Virus record (IMG/VR): IMGVR_UViG_3300013132_000055
Location: 1-62,259 of that record
Source of the DNA: a virus
Taxonomy: Duplodnaviria > Caudoviricetes
Direction: 5' to 3' (one strand)
DNA: 62,259 bases
In this document: in pieces, positions 38,247-48,711 of the stretch
Numbering within the stretch: the first letter of the stretch is position 1
Layout: the number at the start of each line of letters is the position of its first letter
Made by a program: the position numbers and the translations under genes
The notes under the pieces: model-generated
The model's database searches: none
Told to the model about the DNA's origin: nothing
Seen by the model: only the letters and a program-made list of their open reading frames with translations

Positions 38247-41200
38247 ATGCCTTCATACGACTCAAGCATTTTCAATGTCGATCCGTACTACGACGATTTC
38301 TCGGAGGACAAGAAGTTCCTTCGGCTCATGTTTCGTCCAGGCTACGGAGTTCAGGCGAGGGAACTGACGCAGGTTCAGACCATCCTTCAGAATCAGATTG
38401 AGCGTTTCGGATCGCACATCTTCGATGAGGGCAGCATCGTCCTCGACGGCAGGATCAGCGAGAACAGGGTCAAGTACGCAAAGGTTGCCCTCGGCACCAC
38501 GGTCGATCCCGCAGACTTCGTCGGTACGGTCGCTCATGTCTCGGGCAAGGCGAACGCAAGGATCGTCCATGCAGAGGACATCCTTGAGAATTCAGGCGAC
38601 GAGTACAGCGTCCTGTTCTTCGACTACATGGATGGTGGCACCACCTTCGGGACCAACGACACGATCACCGCCACGGCTGCGAACGGCACGGGGATCACGG
38701 CGGGGATCACGGGTCCCACAATCGGTGGCATCGTCGGCGATGCGGTCGTGGTCTCGGTCGAGCGTGGAGTCCGCTTCGTGGAGGGCTACTTCGTCCTCAA
38801 CACGGCACAGTCGCTCGGCGCATACACGCTGACGGGAAACACGGGTTCCCATGTCCGACTCTACAACTCGCCAACGACGAGTGTCGGTTTCACGGTGAGC
38901 AAGTCCTTCGTCACCGCCGAGGATGACACCACGCTCAACGACCCTGCGTTCGGCTTCTACAACTACGCCGCACCTGGCTCCGACCGCTTCAAGATCGACC
39001 TCACCCTCTCACAGAAGGCTTTCCTTCCTAGCGACACGGCATCCATCGACAACTTCAGCCGAGTCGGGTTCATTGAGTTCATGCGCCTCAACGGCGGCGA
39101 CATCGTCAAGGTCGAGAAGTACCCCGACTACGCCATGCTTGAGGATACCCTCGCACGGCGCACCTATGACGAGTCGGGGAACTACACGGTCACCCCGTTT
39201 GAACTGAACCTCAAGGGTCCCACCTCCGTGGGAGCCACCAAGGTCCTGAAGGCGGAACTCTCCACGGGCAAGGCTTATGTCTTCGGCTATGAGTTTGAGA
39301 CTCAGAGCAAGACGAAGTTGAACCTCCCGTGCGCCCGTGGGGGTGCGCACCTGCGCACGGTCGAGCGTGACTTCAACCGCTCGGTCGGTCCCTACACCCG
39401 TGTCATCGTCTCGGGCATCGCCGACTCCATCGGTGCGACTACCGACTTCGCCAAGCACCCAAGCGTGTTCCTTTCCACGGGCGAGAGCGGTGCTGCGTTC
39501 GCATCAATCGGCACGGCTAGGGTTCGTTGGCTTGAGCCGTATTCGTCTCCCGTCTACAACCTCTCACTTTACGACATCAACATCACGGGTCCGACCGCCG
39601 TGTTCACCGATGTGAAGCGCATCTTCTTCCCAAGCCTCACCGCTGCGGGCAAGCATGCCTTCGCCATCACGGGCAGCGCAGGTCTACAGAGCGAGAGTCA
39701 GAGCCTCCTCCTCTATCAGGTTCCCGAGGGCTCGGGCGTGACCGCATTCACGGATGCGAACTACGCCATCACGACCTACAAGACGCAGACCGCCTCGACG
39801 CTCCCCCACTCGTTCTCGGTCAACGCCGTGTCGGGTCTTGAGTTCGCCGTGGGCACTTCCGAGGTGAGTCTCCCGAATCAGGATGTTCTCATCTTCGATC
39901 AGGACGGCAAGGTCGTTGGCGGCACGGCTGCGAGGGATGGTGGGAACCCCGCAGTCCTCTCCATCACCGTCTCGTCCAACACAAGCAGCGGCAAGAAACT
40001 GCACATCATCACCTCCGAGGATGTCACTCAGTCCCCGATGACGAGTCGTACCAAGACCTCGCAGACCGTGAGTCTCACGCTCACGGGTCAATGGGGATCC
40101 TCTCTGACGGGCGACGGTCGTGGCAGCACCGCCGACACCCTGTATCTGAATGGATACACGGATGTCCTTCAGGTTCTCTCCCTCACGGGAACGAAGGGTC
40201 CGAGCAGCGGGATCAGCATCCTGCCGTACATGAACTTCGATGACGGTCAGCGTGACTCGCACTACGATTGGTCGAGGATGTGGATGACGGCAGGTGTCAC
40301 GGGCATCACGGGTCCGTTCTACGCAACCTTCCGATACCACAGCCACAGCGCAACGGATGGACCGTTCACGGTCAAGTCGTATCCCGACTACGAGGACATC
40401 CCCTCCTATACGAGCCGCACCACGGGAACGGTGTTCAGCCTTCGTGACTGCATCGACTTCCGTCCCGTGAGGAACACGGACGGCACGATCAAGACCAACA
40501 CTTGGGTGCCCACGAACACCTCTGCGAACGACAACAACTTTGAATACACGCACCACCTCCCGAGGACGGACAAGATCGTCCTGACGAGGGACCGTAGGTT
40601 CGCAGTACTCTCGGGTGTCCCATCTCTCAATGCGGACATCCCCGCCGACGATCCGAACGCCATGTCCCTCTACATCGTGCGGATGAACCCGTACACCTTC
40701 TCGGCTGACGATGCGTCGATCCGCTATGTCGAGAACAAGCGGTACACGATGCGTGACATCGGTGACCTTGAGAAGAGGATCGAAGCGGTCGAGTACTACA
40801 CCACGCTCACCCTCCTTGAGCAGGAGGCGAAGGCGAAGAAGATTCTCGACAGCGCAGGAGACGAGATGCCGAAGAAGGGCATCCTTGTCGATCAGTTCAA
40901 GGGTCACACGGTAGCGGACAACACCGATCCGATGTTCGCAGCGAGCATCGACTACGAGAAAAACGAACTGCGTCCTCCGTTCACGATCCGATCCTACGGT
41001 CTCACGGCGGGATCCCTCTCAAATGTGGTGGGCAACCTCACGGACGGTGTCTACACCCTCGACTTCACGCAGTCCCCCGAGATCTCGCACATCCTGTCGA
41101 GCGAATCGGTCACGGTCAATCCGTCCACGATCATCTCCTTCCTCGGAAGCCTCAAGGTTTCCCCCTCGACCGACACTTGGTACGACACCGAGAAGCAGCC

Positions 41201-43190
41201 GAAGGTCAGGGTCAATGTCGAGGGTGAGAACGACAACTGGGAGCAGAACGCCAACTACGGATTCGGCACCCGCTACAACGATTGGGAGGCGATTTGGTTC
41301 GGGCGTGAGAACGCCAACGAGAAGAACACCAAGCCGAACCTCGTCCGTAACAAACTCCTCACGGCGAAGGCCGAGGGCGTGTCCCTGTCGAGCATCAACT
41401 CGTCGGTCACGCCCGAGAGCATGAAGAAGATCATCCGCAACAGGACCGTGGGCAGGGATGTCCTCCCTGTCGCCCGTGCGAAGACCCTGACTCTCACGGC
41501 AAAGGGACTCAAGCCAACCACGGCGTACCGTGTGTACTGCGACGATGTCGATGTCACGGCGTACTGCACCTCGGGAAGCGCATCGACCGACAACAAGGGC
41601 GAAGCGACGATCTTGTTCTCGTTCAACGCACCACAGACCGCACCCTATGCCGAGCAGAACTTCCTCATCGGACGGCACACGATAAGGGTCACGGACGGCA
41701 CGAATGCCGACGATCCGTCGAACTGGACTATGCTTGCCGAGGCGACCTACACCGTCGAGGGCGCATATGACTCGGTCGGTGAAGAGGGGATCCTCTCGAC
41801 CCGTTTGCCCGACACCCGCCGCAAGTCGGTGAAGTCGGACAAGATTGTGTCCAATCTGTCGGACATCCTCACAAGTTCTGGAGAGATCAGAGGATACAGC
41901 GATCCCCTGAGTCAGACGGTCTATATCGATCCCGTCAAGTACCCGAGGGGTGTGTTCGTCAAGTCGGTGGACATGTACTTCTCGGATAAAGAATCGCTCA
42001 CGACGATTCCCGTCACGGTTCAGATCCGCCCGACCATCTCGGGCTATCCCCACCCGTCCAAGGTACTTCCGTTCGCCACCTCGACTCTGTACTCGGATGG
42101 TGTCTCCACCGCCGACCTGATCACGGCGGGAGACCAAGACGAGACCAACTTCGCCTTCAGTAGCCCCGTATACCTGCTTCCCGCCCGTGAGTACGCCATC
42201 TGCGTCTCCACCAACAGCCCGAACTACTCGGTCTTCACGGGCACCATCGGCAGCACGATCCTCAGGGAATCCGAAGAAGATCCGAAGATCTCGGTCACCA
42301 AGCAGCCGATGATGCGGTCGCTCTTCAAGGGAACCAACAGCGGGACCCTCATAAAGAACGACAATCAGACACTAGCCCTCAGGCTCAACCTGTGCAAGTT
42401 CACGGCATCGGGAAATATGACCGTCGAGAACGAGGCTGACTCAGGATCGGCGACCCTGACGGTCAACGAGTTCAGGTTCAACGCCACGGACTTTGTGCCC
42501 GAGGGATCGGACATCTCGTACTCGGCATCCATAGCGACGAGTTCTCCGACCACCTACACCGAGATCCCTGTTGGCAAGAACATTGTGCCGAGCAACGGGA
42601 ACCTCAGTCTCCTCTCTGCGAACGCCGAGGCGGGATTCGGAACCTTTACCGTTTCCATGTCGGCAAGCAGCGACGGATATGTCTCCCCTGTGTTTGACAT
42701 GGAAAGGTCGAGCGTGGTCTCGGCGGCGAACCTCGTCAACAACAGCATTATCACCACCATCGGGGATGCGGCGTACAACGGCGAGATCGAACCGACGAAC
42801 TCGGGTGCGACTGAGGCATACAGGACCAAGGCTCGGTACATCACCAAGAAGGTCACCCTTGAGGAGGGTGCCGAGGCGAACAACATCACCGTGACTCTCT
42901 CCCTGTGCAACCCGAGGAAGGGAAACTCCACCGCCGCAAGCGTACAGGTGTTTGTCCGCCCGATTCCCGTTGGCGAGATCGACTTTGACAACATCAACTA
43001 TGTGAAGTTGACCACCACGGACACGGGGGTCTCGACCTCCGATGATGACTTCCGTGAGGTCACTTTCACGAACATCGGCAGCACCACTCTCAACAAGTTC
43101 AGGACATTCTCGGTCAAGATCGTCATGTACGGTGAGACGAACGGCTCCGCCATCCCGAGGATCAGGAACCTGAGGGTCATTGCAACATGA
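38247..43190 (+). CDS. Large virion structural protein (VrlC/DUF4815-like)
   Basis: N..PYYDDF, LMFRPG..VQARELTQ.Q, DNA-like DPA/APG.DR.K, LARRTYDESG.Y, RYTMRDIG.LE.RI..EYYT.L..LE. Confidence 0.88.
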   Translation: MPSYDSSIFNVDPYYDDFSEDKKFLRLMFRPGYGVQARELTQVQTILQNQIERFGSHIFDEGSIVLDGRISENRVKYAKVALGTTVDPADFVGTVAHVSGKANARIVHAEDILENSGDEYSVLFFDYMDGGTTFGTNDTITATAANGTGITAGITGPTIGGIVGDAVVVSVERGVRFVEGYFVLNTAQSLGAYTLTGNTGSHVRLYNSPTTSVGFTVSKSFVTAEDDTTLNDPAFGFYNYAAPGSDRFKIDLTLSQKAFLPSDTASIDNFSRVGFIEFMRLNGGDIVKVEKYPDYAMLEDTLARRTYDESGNYTVTPFELNLKGPTSVGATKVLKAELSTGKAYVFGYEFETQSKTKLNLPCARGGAHLRTVERDFNRSVGPYTRVIVSGIADSIGATTDFAKHPSVFLSTGESGAAFASIGTARVRWLEPYSSPVYNLSLYDINITGPTAVFTDVKRIFFPSLTAAGKHAFAITGSAGLQSESQSLLLYQVPEGSGVTAFTDANYAITTYKTQTASTLPHSFSVNAVSGLEFAVGTSEVSLPNQDVLIFDQDGKVVGGTAARDGGNPAVLSITVSSNTSSGKKLHIITSEDVTQSPMTSRTKTSQTVSLTLTGQWGSSLTGDGRGSTADTLYLNGYTDVLQVLSLTGTKGPSSGISILPYMNFDDGQRDSHYDWSRMWMTAGVTGITGPFYATFRYHSHSATDGPFTVKSYPDYEDIPSYTSRTTGTVFSLRDCIDFRPVRNTDGTIKTNTWVPTNTSANDNNFEYTHHLPRTDKIVLTRDRRFAVLSGVPSLNADIPADDPNAMSLYIVRMNPYTFSADDASIRYVENKRYTMRDIGDLEKRIEAVEYYTTLTLLEQEAKAKKILDSAGDEMPKKGILVDQFKGHTVADNTDPMFAASIDYEKNELRPPFTIRSYGLTAGSLSNVVGNLTDGVYTLDFTQSPEISHILSSESVTVNPSTIISFLGSLKVSPSTDTWYDTEKQPKVRVNVEGENDNWEQNANYGFGTRYNDWEAIWFGRENANEKNTKPNLVRNKLLTAKAEGVSLSSINSSVTPESMKKIIRNRTVGRDVLPVARAKTLTLTAKGLKPTTAYRVYCDDVDVTAYCTSGSASTDNKGEATILFSFNAPQTAPYAEQNFLIGRHTIRVTDGTNADDPSNWTMLAEATYTVEGAYDSVGEEGILSTRLPDTRRKSVKSDKIVSNLSDILTSSGEIRGYSDPLSQTVYIDPVKYPRGVFVKSVDMYFSDKESLTTIPVTVQIRPTISGYPHPSKVLPFATSTLYSDGVSTADLITAGDQDETNFAFSSPVYLLPAREYAICVSTNSPNYSVFTGTIGSTILRESEEDPKISVTKQPMMRSLFKGTNSGTLIKNDNQTLALRLNLCKFTASGNMTVENEADSGSATLTVNEFRFNATDFVPEGSDISYSASIATSSPTTYTEIPVGKNIVPSNGNLSLLSANAEAGFGTFTVSMSASSDGYVSPVFDMERSSVVSAANLVNNSIITTIGDAAYNGEIEPTNSGATEAYRTKARYITKKVTLEEGAEANNITVTLSLCNPRKGNSTAASVQVFVRPIPVGEIDFDNINYVKLTTTDTGVSTSDDDFREVTFTNIGSTTLNKFRTFSVKIVMYGETNGSAIPRIRNLRVIAT

Positions 43191-43393
43191 ACAGGGACAA
43201 GGTCCCCGTTCGCAACGAACCCCTTGTCCGTGACATGAGGACAGGTGCCTTGCTCTCGACAGACAGGGATGCCTTCCGTGCATACGAGGACAGGAAGCGG
43301 GAGCGTCAGGCGCAGCAAGACAGGCTAAATAGCCTTGAGGGGAAGGTCGCTGAGTTGCAGCGCATCCTCTCCGAACTCATAGAGAAACGGTAA
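43187..43393 (+). CDS. Small conserved coiled-coil protein
   Basis: LVRD..TGA.L and C-terminal heptads; typical neighbour of the VrlC-like gene. Confidence 0.75.
   Translation: MNRDKVPVRNEPLVRDMRTGALLSTDRDAFRAYEDRKRERQAQQDRLNSLEGKVAELQRILSELIEKR
43325..43331 (+). promoter_or_regulatory. Late promoter CTAAATA
   Basis: GGCTAAATA 68 nt upstream of the fibre gene. Confidence 0.6.
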
Positions 43394-43399
43394 CCGTAG

Positions 43400-46300
43400 A
43401 TGTCCTGCACAGCATCAGACTTCGTCAACATCCAACCCCTGACCCTGTCGGACACCTTCAACACTTGGTTCGACAGGACCAATGAGGTCATCGCCGCAGC
43501 GAATGGGATCAACATCCTTGATGTGGTGGCGGGACCCACGGCGGGTGGTCTGATCCGTGAGACGGGATGCTCGGCGGGATACTACAACGGCGTGGTCACC
43601 CTTTCGGTGAATCCAGGCGCAGGTATCGGCATCGGCACCGAGGCGTTCGATGGCAACTTCAACGAGGTCGTGATCGATGCTGTCAGGCTTGAGAACCTCG
43701 GCACGGGATCGACGGCGAATCCCGCTGTCGGCGACTACATCATCGTCAGCGACATCAGCGACACCCGTCAGGGCTCTGCGGGAACCCCGAAGCGCACCGT
43801 TGCTAGCAGGATGCTCCCTTCTGCCGTTTACTTCGGTGATGCGGGAGAAGGCACCTTTGAGATATACGGCGATGTCACCATTCACGGCGACATCAACATC
43901 GAAGGCGACCAATCGTACATCGATGCCAACGATCTCCGCATCGAAGACAAGATCATCGAACTCGCCTACAACAGGTACTCGCAGTTCACCATCCAAAAGA
44001 CGGGTATGACTGCGGGATCGTTCGATGTCGGTGCGACCGCCTACTACATCGATCCAGGTTCCGCCACCCTCACGGCGAACTCGACCACCATCGGCTACAT
44101 CCGAGCGTTCACTTACTCGGGAAGCACCACGGGCTCGGTGCAGATGCACTCGTTCAACGAGGGCGGCGTGTCCGACATCGTCAACGGCGGCAGTCTCTAT
44201 GTGGACGGTGCTTCGCTGACCTTCGATGTCACCTCGGTACCGTTTACGGACACGGCGTTCTACAACGACACGCTCCTGACCCCCGCAGGAATCGACATCA
44301 AGGGCGCATCGGGCGACAAGACCTTCCTTTGGAACCTCAAGACCCCCGACACTCTCTCGACTTGGAACGCCTTCGTTGCGAACACCAACCTTGGCGTGAC
44401 GGGTGCGGCGAACTACATCATCTCGTCCAAGTTCGCATCGTTCGGATACGGCGCAGGTACGGATGACACCTACACCTTCTACGGTGCAGGAGACTCGTTC
44501 ACCAAGGCTGCGGTCGGCACGGAACTCGTCCTTCAGCACAGCGCAACGGGCGAAGCGGGGATCACCTTCGCACAGGTCTTCTCGGGCAGCACGGGTCCCG
44601 CAGTCTACCCTGGGGTCACGGCGACCAATTGGTCGAAGTACCTCAACGCCGACCAACTCGACGGTGCCCACGCACTCACCACCTCGACTGCATGGTCGAT
44701 CCCCGTGGCACTCGCCAACGGCAAGATCCATGAGGATTGGGTCAACTCCGATGCGATCCGCAAGACCTTCTCGCAGACGGGTCACTCGTTCGTCATGGGC
44801 GACATCCTGCGGTTCGACACGAATGGATCGCTGACTTTCGCCCGTGCAGACACAATTCCGACCGCCGAGGCACTCGGCATGGTCGAGGTCGCCTCGGGCA
44901 GCACCCTCACTCTCGTCACCAAGGGCTTCATCTCGGGGCTCACGGGTACGAGGATCAACGCACTCAAGCCCCTCGTCACGGGCAACGCCTATTACCTCAG
45001 TCAGTCCGTTGGTGGCGGTATGATCACCAACCCCGACTCGGGCGCATACGAGATCACGGCGGGTCAAGTCCGAAAGGCGATGTTCATCGCCTCGGGCATC
45101 GACAAGGGATATGTGGTCAACTACACGGGCGTGGTGGTTGGCAACGACCCCACCGACCTGATCTACCTCAGCCGTGTCGCTCCCGTGGGAAGCGTCCATC
45201 CGTTTGCGGGACTGACCTCGGCGATCCCCGATGGTTGGCTCCTCTGCAACGGTGCTGCTGTCGGAAAGAACGATCAGTCGGATCTCTTTGCAGCCGTCGA
45301 GAACACATACTTCGCTGATGCGGAGGTGTACGACTCGTCCACTCTCACGATGGACGGGGACACCCGTACCCTCGCAGCGGGAGACGCTGTTTATGTGACA
45401 TGGTCAACGGGCAGCGCAAACCTGATCATCTCATCGGTGAACACAGGAAACCGAAGGATTGGTTTCCCCGACACGCCGTTTGCTGACCTTCCACAAGGAG
45501 CAAATCTCAATGTCTACGGCAGGACTGTTGCATCGACGGTCGGACGCTCGGTGTTCTTCCTTCCCGATCTTCGCCGCAGGACGGTGTTCGGAACCTCGTT
45601 CGGATCGGGACTTGCGGGTAGTGGCAACCTTACTCCTTCCCTTGCCCTCGGCAATGTCGGTGGAGAGCATGAGGTCACCCTCTCGTCCAACAACATCCCC
45701 CCGCACACACATTCCCTAGACACCACGGTCAGGAGCGATACGAGCGGGATCTACGGATCCTCCTCGACGCAGACGGGGGCTCTCCTCGGATCGGGAGAGG
45801 ATCCCGCAGCATTCGGCATCCTCCCTCCGCATGTGGTGATGCACTACATCATCCGTGCCAAGAAGGGCGTGTCGGCAACGATCCTCACGGGTCACAATCA
45901 CGACAATCAGTACATCAGGTACAACATTCCGCACACCACGGGTGCGGGTGCGGGTAGGACTCTCACCGATTCCGACAGGGTTCAGTTCCGCAGCAACGCA
46001 CAAGTTCTGCGCAACGACGGAGACGATGTCTTCCGTGGAACCCTTGAGATCACGGGTAGTCTCCGTGTCGAGGACAATGTCTCGGTCACGGGAAGCGTCT
46101 CGGTCGTGGAGGACCTCTCGGTGGGCGATGCACTCACCGTTGGAGGGGTGTCTCGGTTCGACGCAGCCATGAAGGTCACGGGTGGTTCGATCACCATCGT
46201 GAACGCCACGGGTGCCAAGGAATGGAGCAATTACTCACCGCTCAACAACGGATCTTCCCAATGGAACGATGCTGGAATGAGGATTGTTGGTGGTAGTCTC

Positions 46301-47041
46301 AACAAGACTGCCATCAACCTGTTCAACAACAACTCCATCAATTCCGATGTCGATGGGGGATACAAGGATCAGGGCAGGGTCAACTTCTACGGTGTGGGGG
46401 TTACGGGCGCAAACGAGCCCCCGCAGTACACCGCTAGCCTCGGATACGCACTCTACGGTCCAAATGCAGTAGCCTCCGATGGAAATACCCTCGGTGCGGG
46501 TCAGTACGAGTACCGTGTCGGGTTCAACATCGCAGGAAAGAGCGCACCGTCCACCTATGTGGATGAGACCGCTCTCCTCATCACCCGCAAGTCGGGGGAT
46601 GGTGTCGGCAACGGAAGCATTCACTACCAACTGAAAAAGTTATCCACATACAACACTACGGTTGCAAACAACACCGTGGTTATGAACTCAAACGGAGAAC
46701 TGCTATTGGGGCCCGCCGTGGGTGCCGTGGATACGGTAGGTACTGTGGCGATTCAGGTGTGGAATGGAACATTCGACGGACCTCTTGATAGAGGTGTGGT
46801 CGTGATGCCAGCGAATGTGCCTGATGCAAATGCAATTTTTGCAATCATCAATAATAAAACGATAAGGGTACTAGGTGAGGGCACATGGAATGGCTATGTC
46901 TCGGTGAGAAATACTCCACAGAATGACACCTACACAACTTTCACCCCTTTCGAGAACAAGACCACAAACGATCAAATACAAATCCTCCAAGGGGAGTTCA
47001 CCAGTTGCAGCGTCGTGATTCACGCATACAGGATTGACTAA
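43400..47041 (+). CDS. Tail fibre protein with tail-collar domain
   Basis: DTF..W...TN N-terminus, I.DK.IEL, LNAD.LDG, PVGS..PFAG...P.GWLLCNG, F.LPDLR.R. Confidence 0.85.
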   Translation: MSCTASDFVNIQPLTLSDTFNTWFDRTNEVIAAANGINILDVVAGPTAGGLIRETGCSAGYYNGVVTLSVNPGAGIGIGTEAFDGNFNEVVIDAVRLENLGTGSTANPAVGDYIIVSDISDTRQGSAGTPKRTVASRMLPSAVYFGDAGEGTFEIYGDVTIHGDINIEGDQSYIDANDLRIEDKIIELAYNRYSQFTIQKTGMTAGSFDVGATAYYIDPGSATLTANSTTIGYIRAFTYSGSTTGSVQMHSFNEGGVSDIVNGGSLYVDGASLTFDVTSVPFTDTAFYNDTLLTPAGIDIKGASGDKTFLWNLKTPDTLSTWNAFVANTNLGVTGAANYIISSKFASFGYGAGTDDTYTFYGAGDSFTKAAVGTELVLQHSATGEAGITFAQVFSGSTGPAVYPGVTATNWSKYLNADQLDGAHALTTSTAWSIPVALANGKIHEDWVNSDAIRKTFSQTGHSFVMGDILRFDTNGSLTFARADTIPTAEALGMVEVASGSTLTLVTKGFISGLTGTRINALKPLVTGNAYYLSQSVGGGMITNPDSGAYEITAGQVRKAMFIASGIDKGYVVNYTGVVVGNDPTDLIYLSRVAPVGSVHPFAGLTSAIPDGWLLCNGAAVGKNDQSDLFAAVENTYFADAEVYDSSTLTMDGDTRTLAAGDAVYVTWSTGSANLIISSVNTGNRRIGFPDTPFADLPQGANLNVYGRTVASTVGRSVFFLPDLRRRTVFGTSFGSGLAGSGNLTPSLALGNVGGEHEVTLSSNNIPPHTHSLDTTVRSDTSGIYGSSSTQTGALLGSGEDPAAFGILPPHVVMHYIIRAKKGVSATILTGHNHDNQYIRYNIPHTTGAGAGRTLTDSDRVQFRSNAQVLRNDGDDVFRGTLEITGSLRVEDNVSVTGSVSVVEDLSVGDALTVGGVSRFDAAMKVTGGSITIVNATGAKEWSNYSPLNNGSSQWNDAGMRIVGGSLNKTAINLFNNNSINSDVDGGYKDQGRVNFYGVGVTGANEPPQYTASLGYALYGPNAVASDGNTLGAGQYEYRVGFNIAGKSAPSTYVDETALLITRKSGDGVGNGSIHYQLKKLSTYNTTVANNTVVMNSNGELLLGPAVGAVDTVGTVAIQVWNGTFDGPLDRGVVVMPANVPDANAIFAIINNKTIRVLGEGTWNGYVSVRNTPQNDTYTTFTPFENKTTNDQIQILQGEFTSCSVVIHAYRID

Positions 47042-47382
47042 TGGCCGAAACCATCAACAGGGACATGGATCAGGGGGCGAACTTCTTGTTCGACTATGTG
47101 GTCAAGGGGACCAACGGTCAGCCCACGGACATCTCCACGGGTCACACCGCTTATGCGCAGATGAGGAAGTTCTACTCCTCCTCCTCCGCTGTGAACCTCA
47201 CGGCTTCGATCACGGGAAGCACGGGGAACATCCGTGTCTCCCTTGGTGTCACGGGCACGGCTGCTGTCAAGGCGGGCATCTGGTACTACGATGTTGAACT
47301 GCACTCCAACGGCAGCGCAACTGTCACTCGGCTCGTTCAGGGCATGGTGACGGTCTACCCCGAGATCACGAAAATCCCGTAA
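47041..47382 (+). CDS. Small virion structural protein
   Basis: N...DQGA.F, AQMRK.Y.S, G..YYDVE, R.VQG...V.P..T. Confidence 0.8.
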   Translation: MAETINRDMDQGANFLFDYVVKGTNGQPTDISTGHTAYAQMRKFYSSSSAVNLTASITGSTGNIRVSLGVTGTAAVKAGIWYYDVELHSNGSATVTRLVQGMVTVYPEITKIP

Positions 47383-47459
47383 CCCATAGTCTTTTCCCAT
47401 GCTTCGCATCGGAGCCTCCATACATACGGGCACAACCCGTTTCGTAATGGAGATCTGAA

Positions 47460-48662
47460 ATGAGCGAAGCATTGATGATTGAAGCACCCGCTGCCCCCGT
47501 CGCCGCAGCCCCCTCGGTTCCCGCACCGAGCAAGCACAAGACCCTCACCCTCTGCATGATCGTGAAGAACGAGGCGCATGTCATCGAACGATGCCTTGCC
47601 TCCGTCCTGCCCGTGATCGACTACTGGGTGGTCGTGGACACGGGATCCACGGACGGCACTCAACAGAAGATCAAGGATTTCTTCGACCGCAACGGGATCA
47701 AGGGCGAACTCCATGAGCGTCCGTGGCTCGACTTCGGTCACAACCGCAGCGAGGCTCTTGAACTCGCACAGAAGACCGACACCGACTATGCCCTGATGAT
47801 CGATGCGGACGAGATCCTTGTCTTCGATCCAGGCTTCGATCCCATGGCGTTCAAGGACAGCCTTACCGCCGACCTCTACAACATCTTTGCACAGTTCGGG
47901 CAGACCCGATACCACCGCCCCCAACTGACGAGCAACAAGAAGCGGTTCTACTACCGTGGCGTTCTCCATGAGTATGTGGATTGCCACGATCCAATCGGTA
48001 CCCGTGACTTCGTCCGTGGGTTTATGAACACCCCGATCCAAGACGGTGCCCGCTCGTCCGATCCTCAGAAGTACGCCAAGGATGCCCTCAAGTTTGAGGA
48101 AGCCCTCGCCTCGGGCAAGGTCGAGGAGAAAGACATCAACCGCTACCACTTTTACATGGCGCAGTCGTACCGTGACTCGCAGCAATGGGAAAAGGCACTT
48201 GGGTGCTACCTCAAGAGGGCTGACCTCGGCGGATGGAACGAGGAGGTCTTCTACTCGCTGTATCAGGCGGGTCGCATCATGGAGATCCTCGAAAAGTCCG
48301 TGGATAACATCATTCAGGTCTACTTCAAGGCGTATCAGACCGCACCGTGGAGGGCTGAGAGCCTTTGGGCTGCGGCTCGTCTCTGCCGTGCGTTCAGCCG
48401 CTTCGACCAAGGCTACCGCTTCGCCAAGCAGGGTCTCAAGATCCGTTACCCCGAGGGTGCGCTCTTCGTCGGTCAGGGGATCTACGAGTGGGCACTCCTT
48501 GACGAGTTCGCCATCGCCTCTTACTGGACGGGTCACTACCGTGAGTCGAGGATCGCCTCCATCCAACTCCTCAAGGATGGGAAGTTCCCTCCCGATCAGA
48601 AGGAGCGGATCGAAGCGAACATGAAGTTCGCCACGGATTCCCTCCTCAACGAAGGGGAGTGA
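47460..48662 (+). CDS. GT2-family glycosyltransferase with C-terminal TPR-like repeats
   Basis: LCMIVKNE...I.RCL.S, VDTGSTDGT, DFG.NR, DADE (DxD), G.LHE, FY.AQSY.D. Confidence 0.92.
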   Translation: MSEALMIEAPAAPVAAAPSVPAPSKHKTLTLCMIVKNEAHVIERCLASVLPVIDYWVVVDTGSTDGTQQKIKDFFDRNGIKGELHERPWLDFGHNRSEALELAQKTDTDYALMIDADEILVFDPGFDPMAFKDSLTADLYNIFAQFGQTRYHRPQLTSNKKRFYYRGVLHEYVDCHDPIGTRDFVRGFMNTPIQDGARSSDPQKYAKDALKFEEALASGKVEEKDINRYHFYMAQSYRDSQQWEKALGCYLKRADLGGWNEEVFYSLYQAGRIMEILEKSVDNIIQVYFKAYQTAPWRAESLWAAARLCRAFSRFDQGYRFAKQGLKIRYPEGALFVGQGIYEWALLDEFAIASYWTGHYRESRIASIQLLKDGKFPPDQKERIEANMKFATDSLLNEGE

Positions 48663-48668
48663 CATCCG

Positions 48669-48675
48669 CTAAATA
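48669..48675 (+). promoter_or_regulatory. Late promoter CTAAATA
   Basis: Intergenic, upstream of the second fibre gene. Confidence 0.75.
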
Positions 48676-48711
48676 GGTGGCGGTTCACCAAACAGTCAGG
48701 AATCACCACCG

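Noticed and set aside
47460-48662. Glycosyltransferase as a T4-type DNA glucosyltransferase
   Set aside because: GT2 (GT-A) plus TPR architecture, structural-operon location and strong restriction-site avoidance argue against DNA hypermodification, though it is not formally excluded
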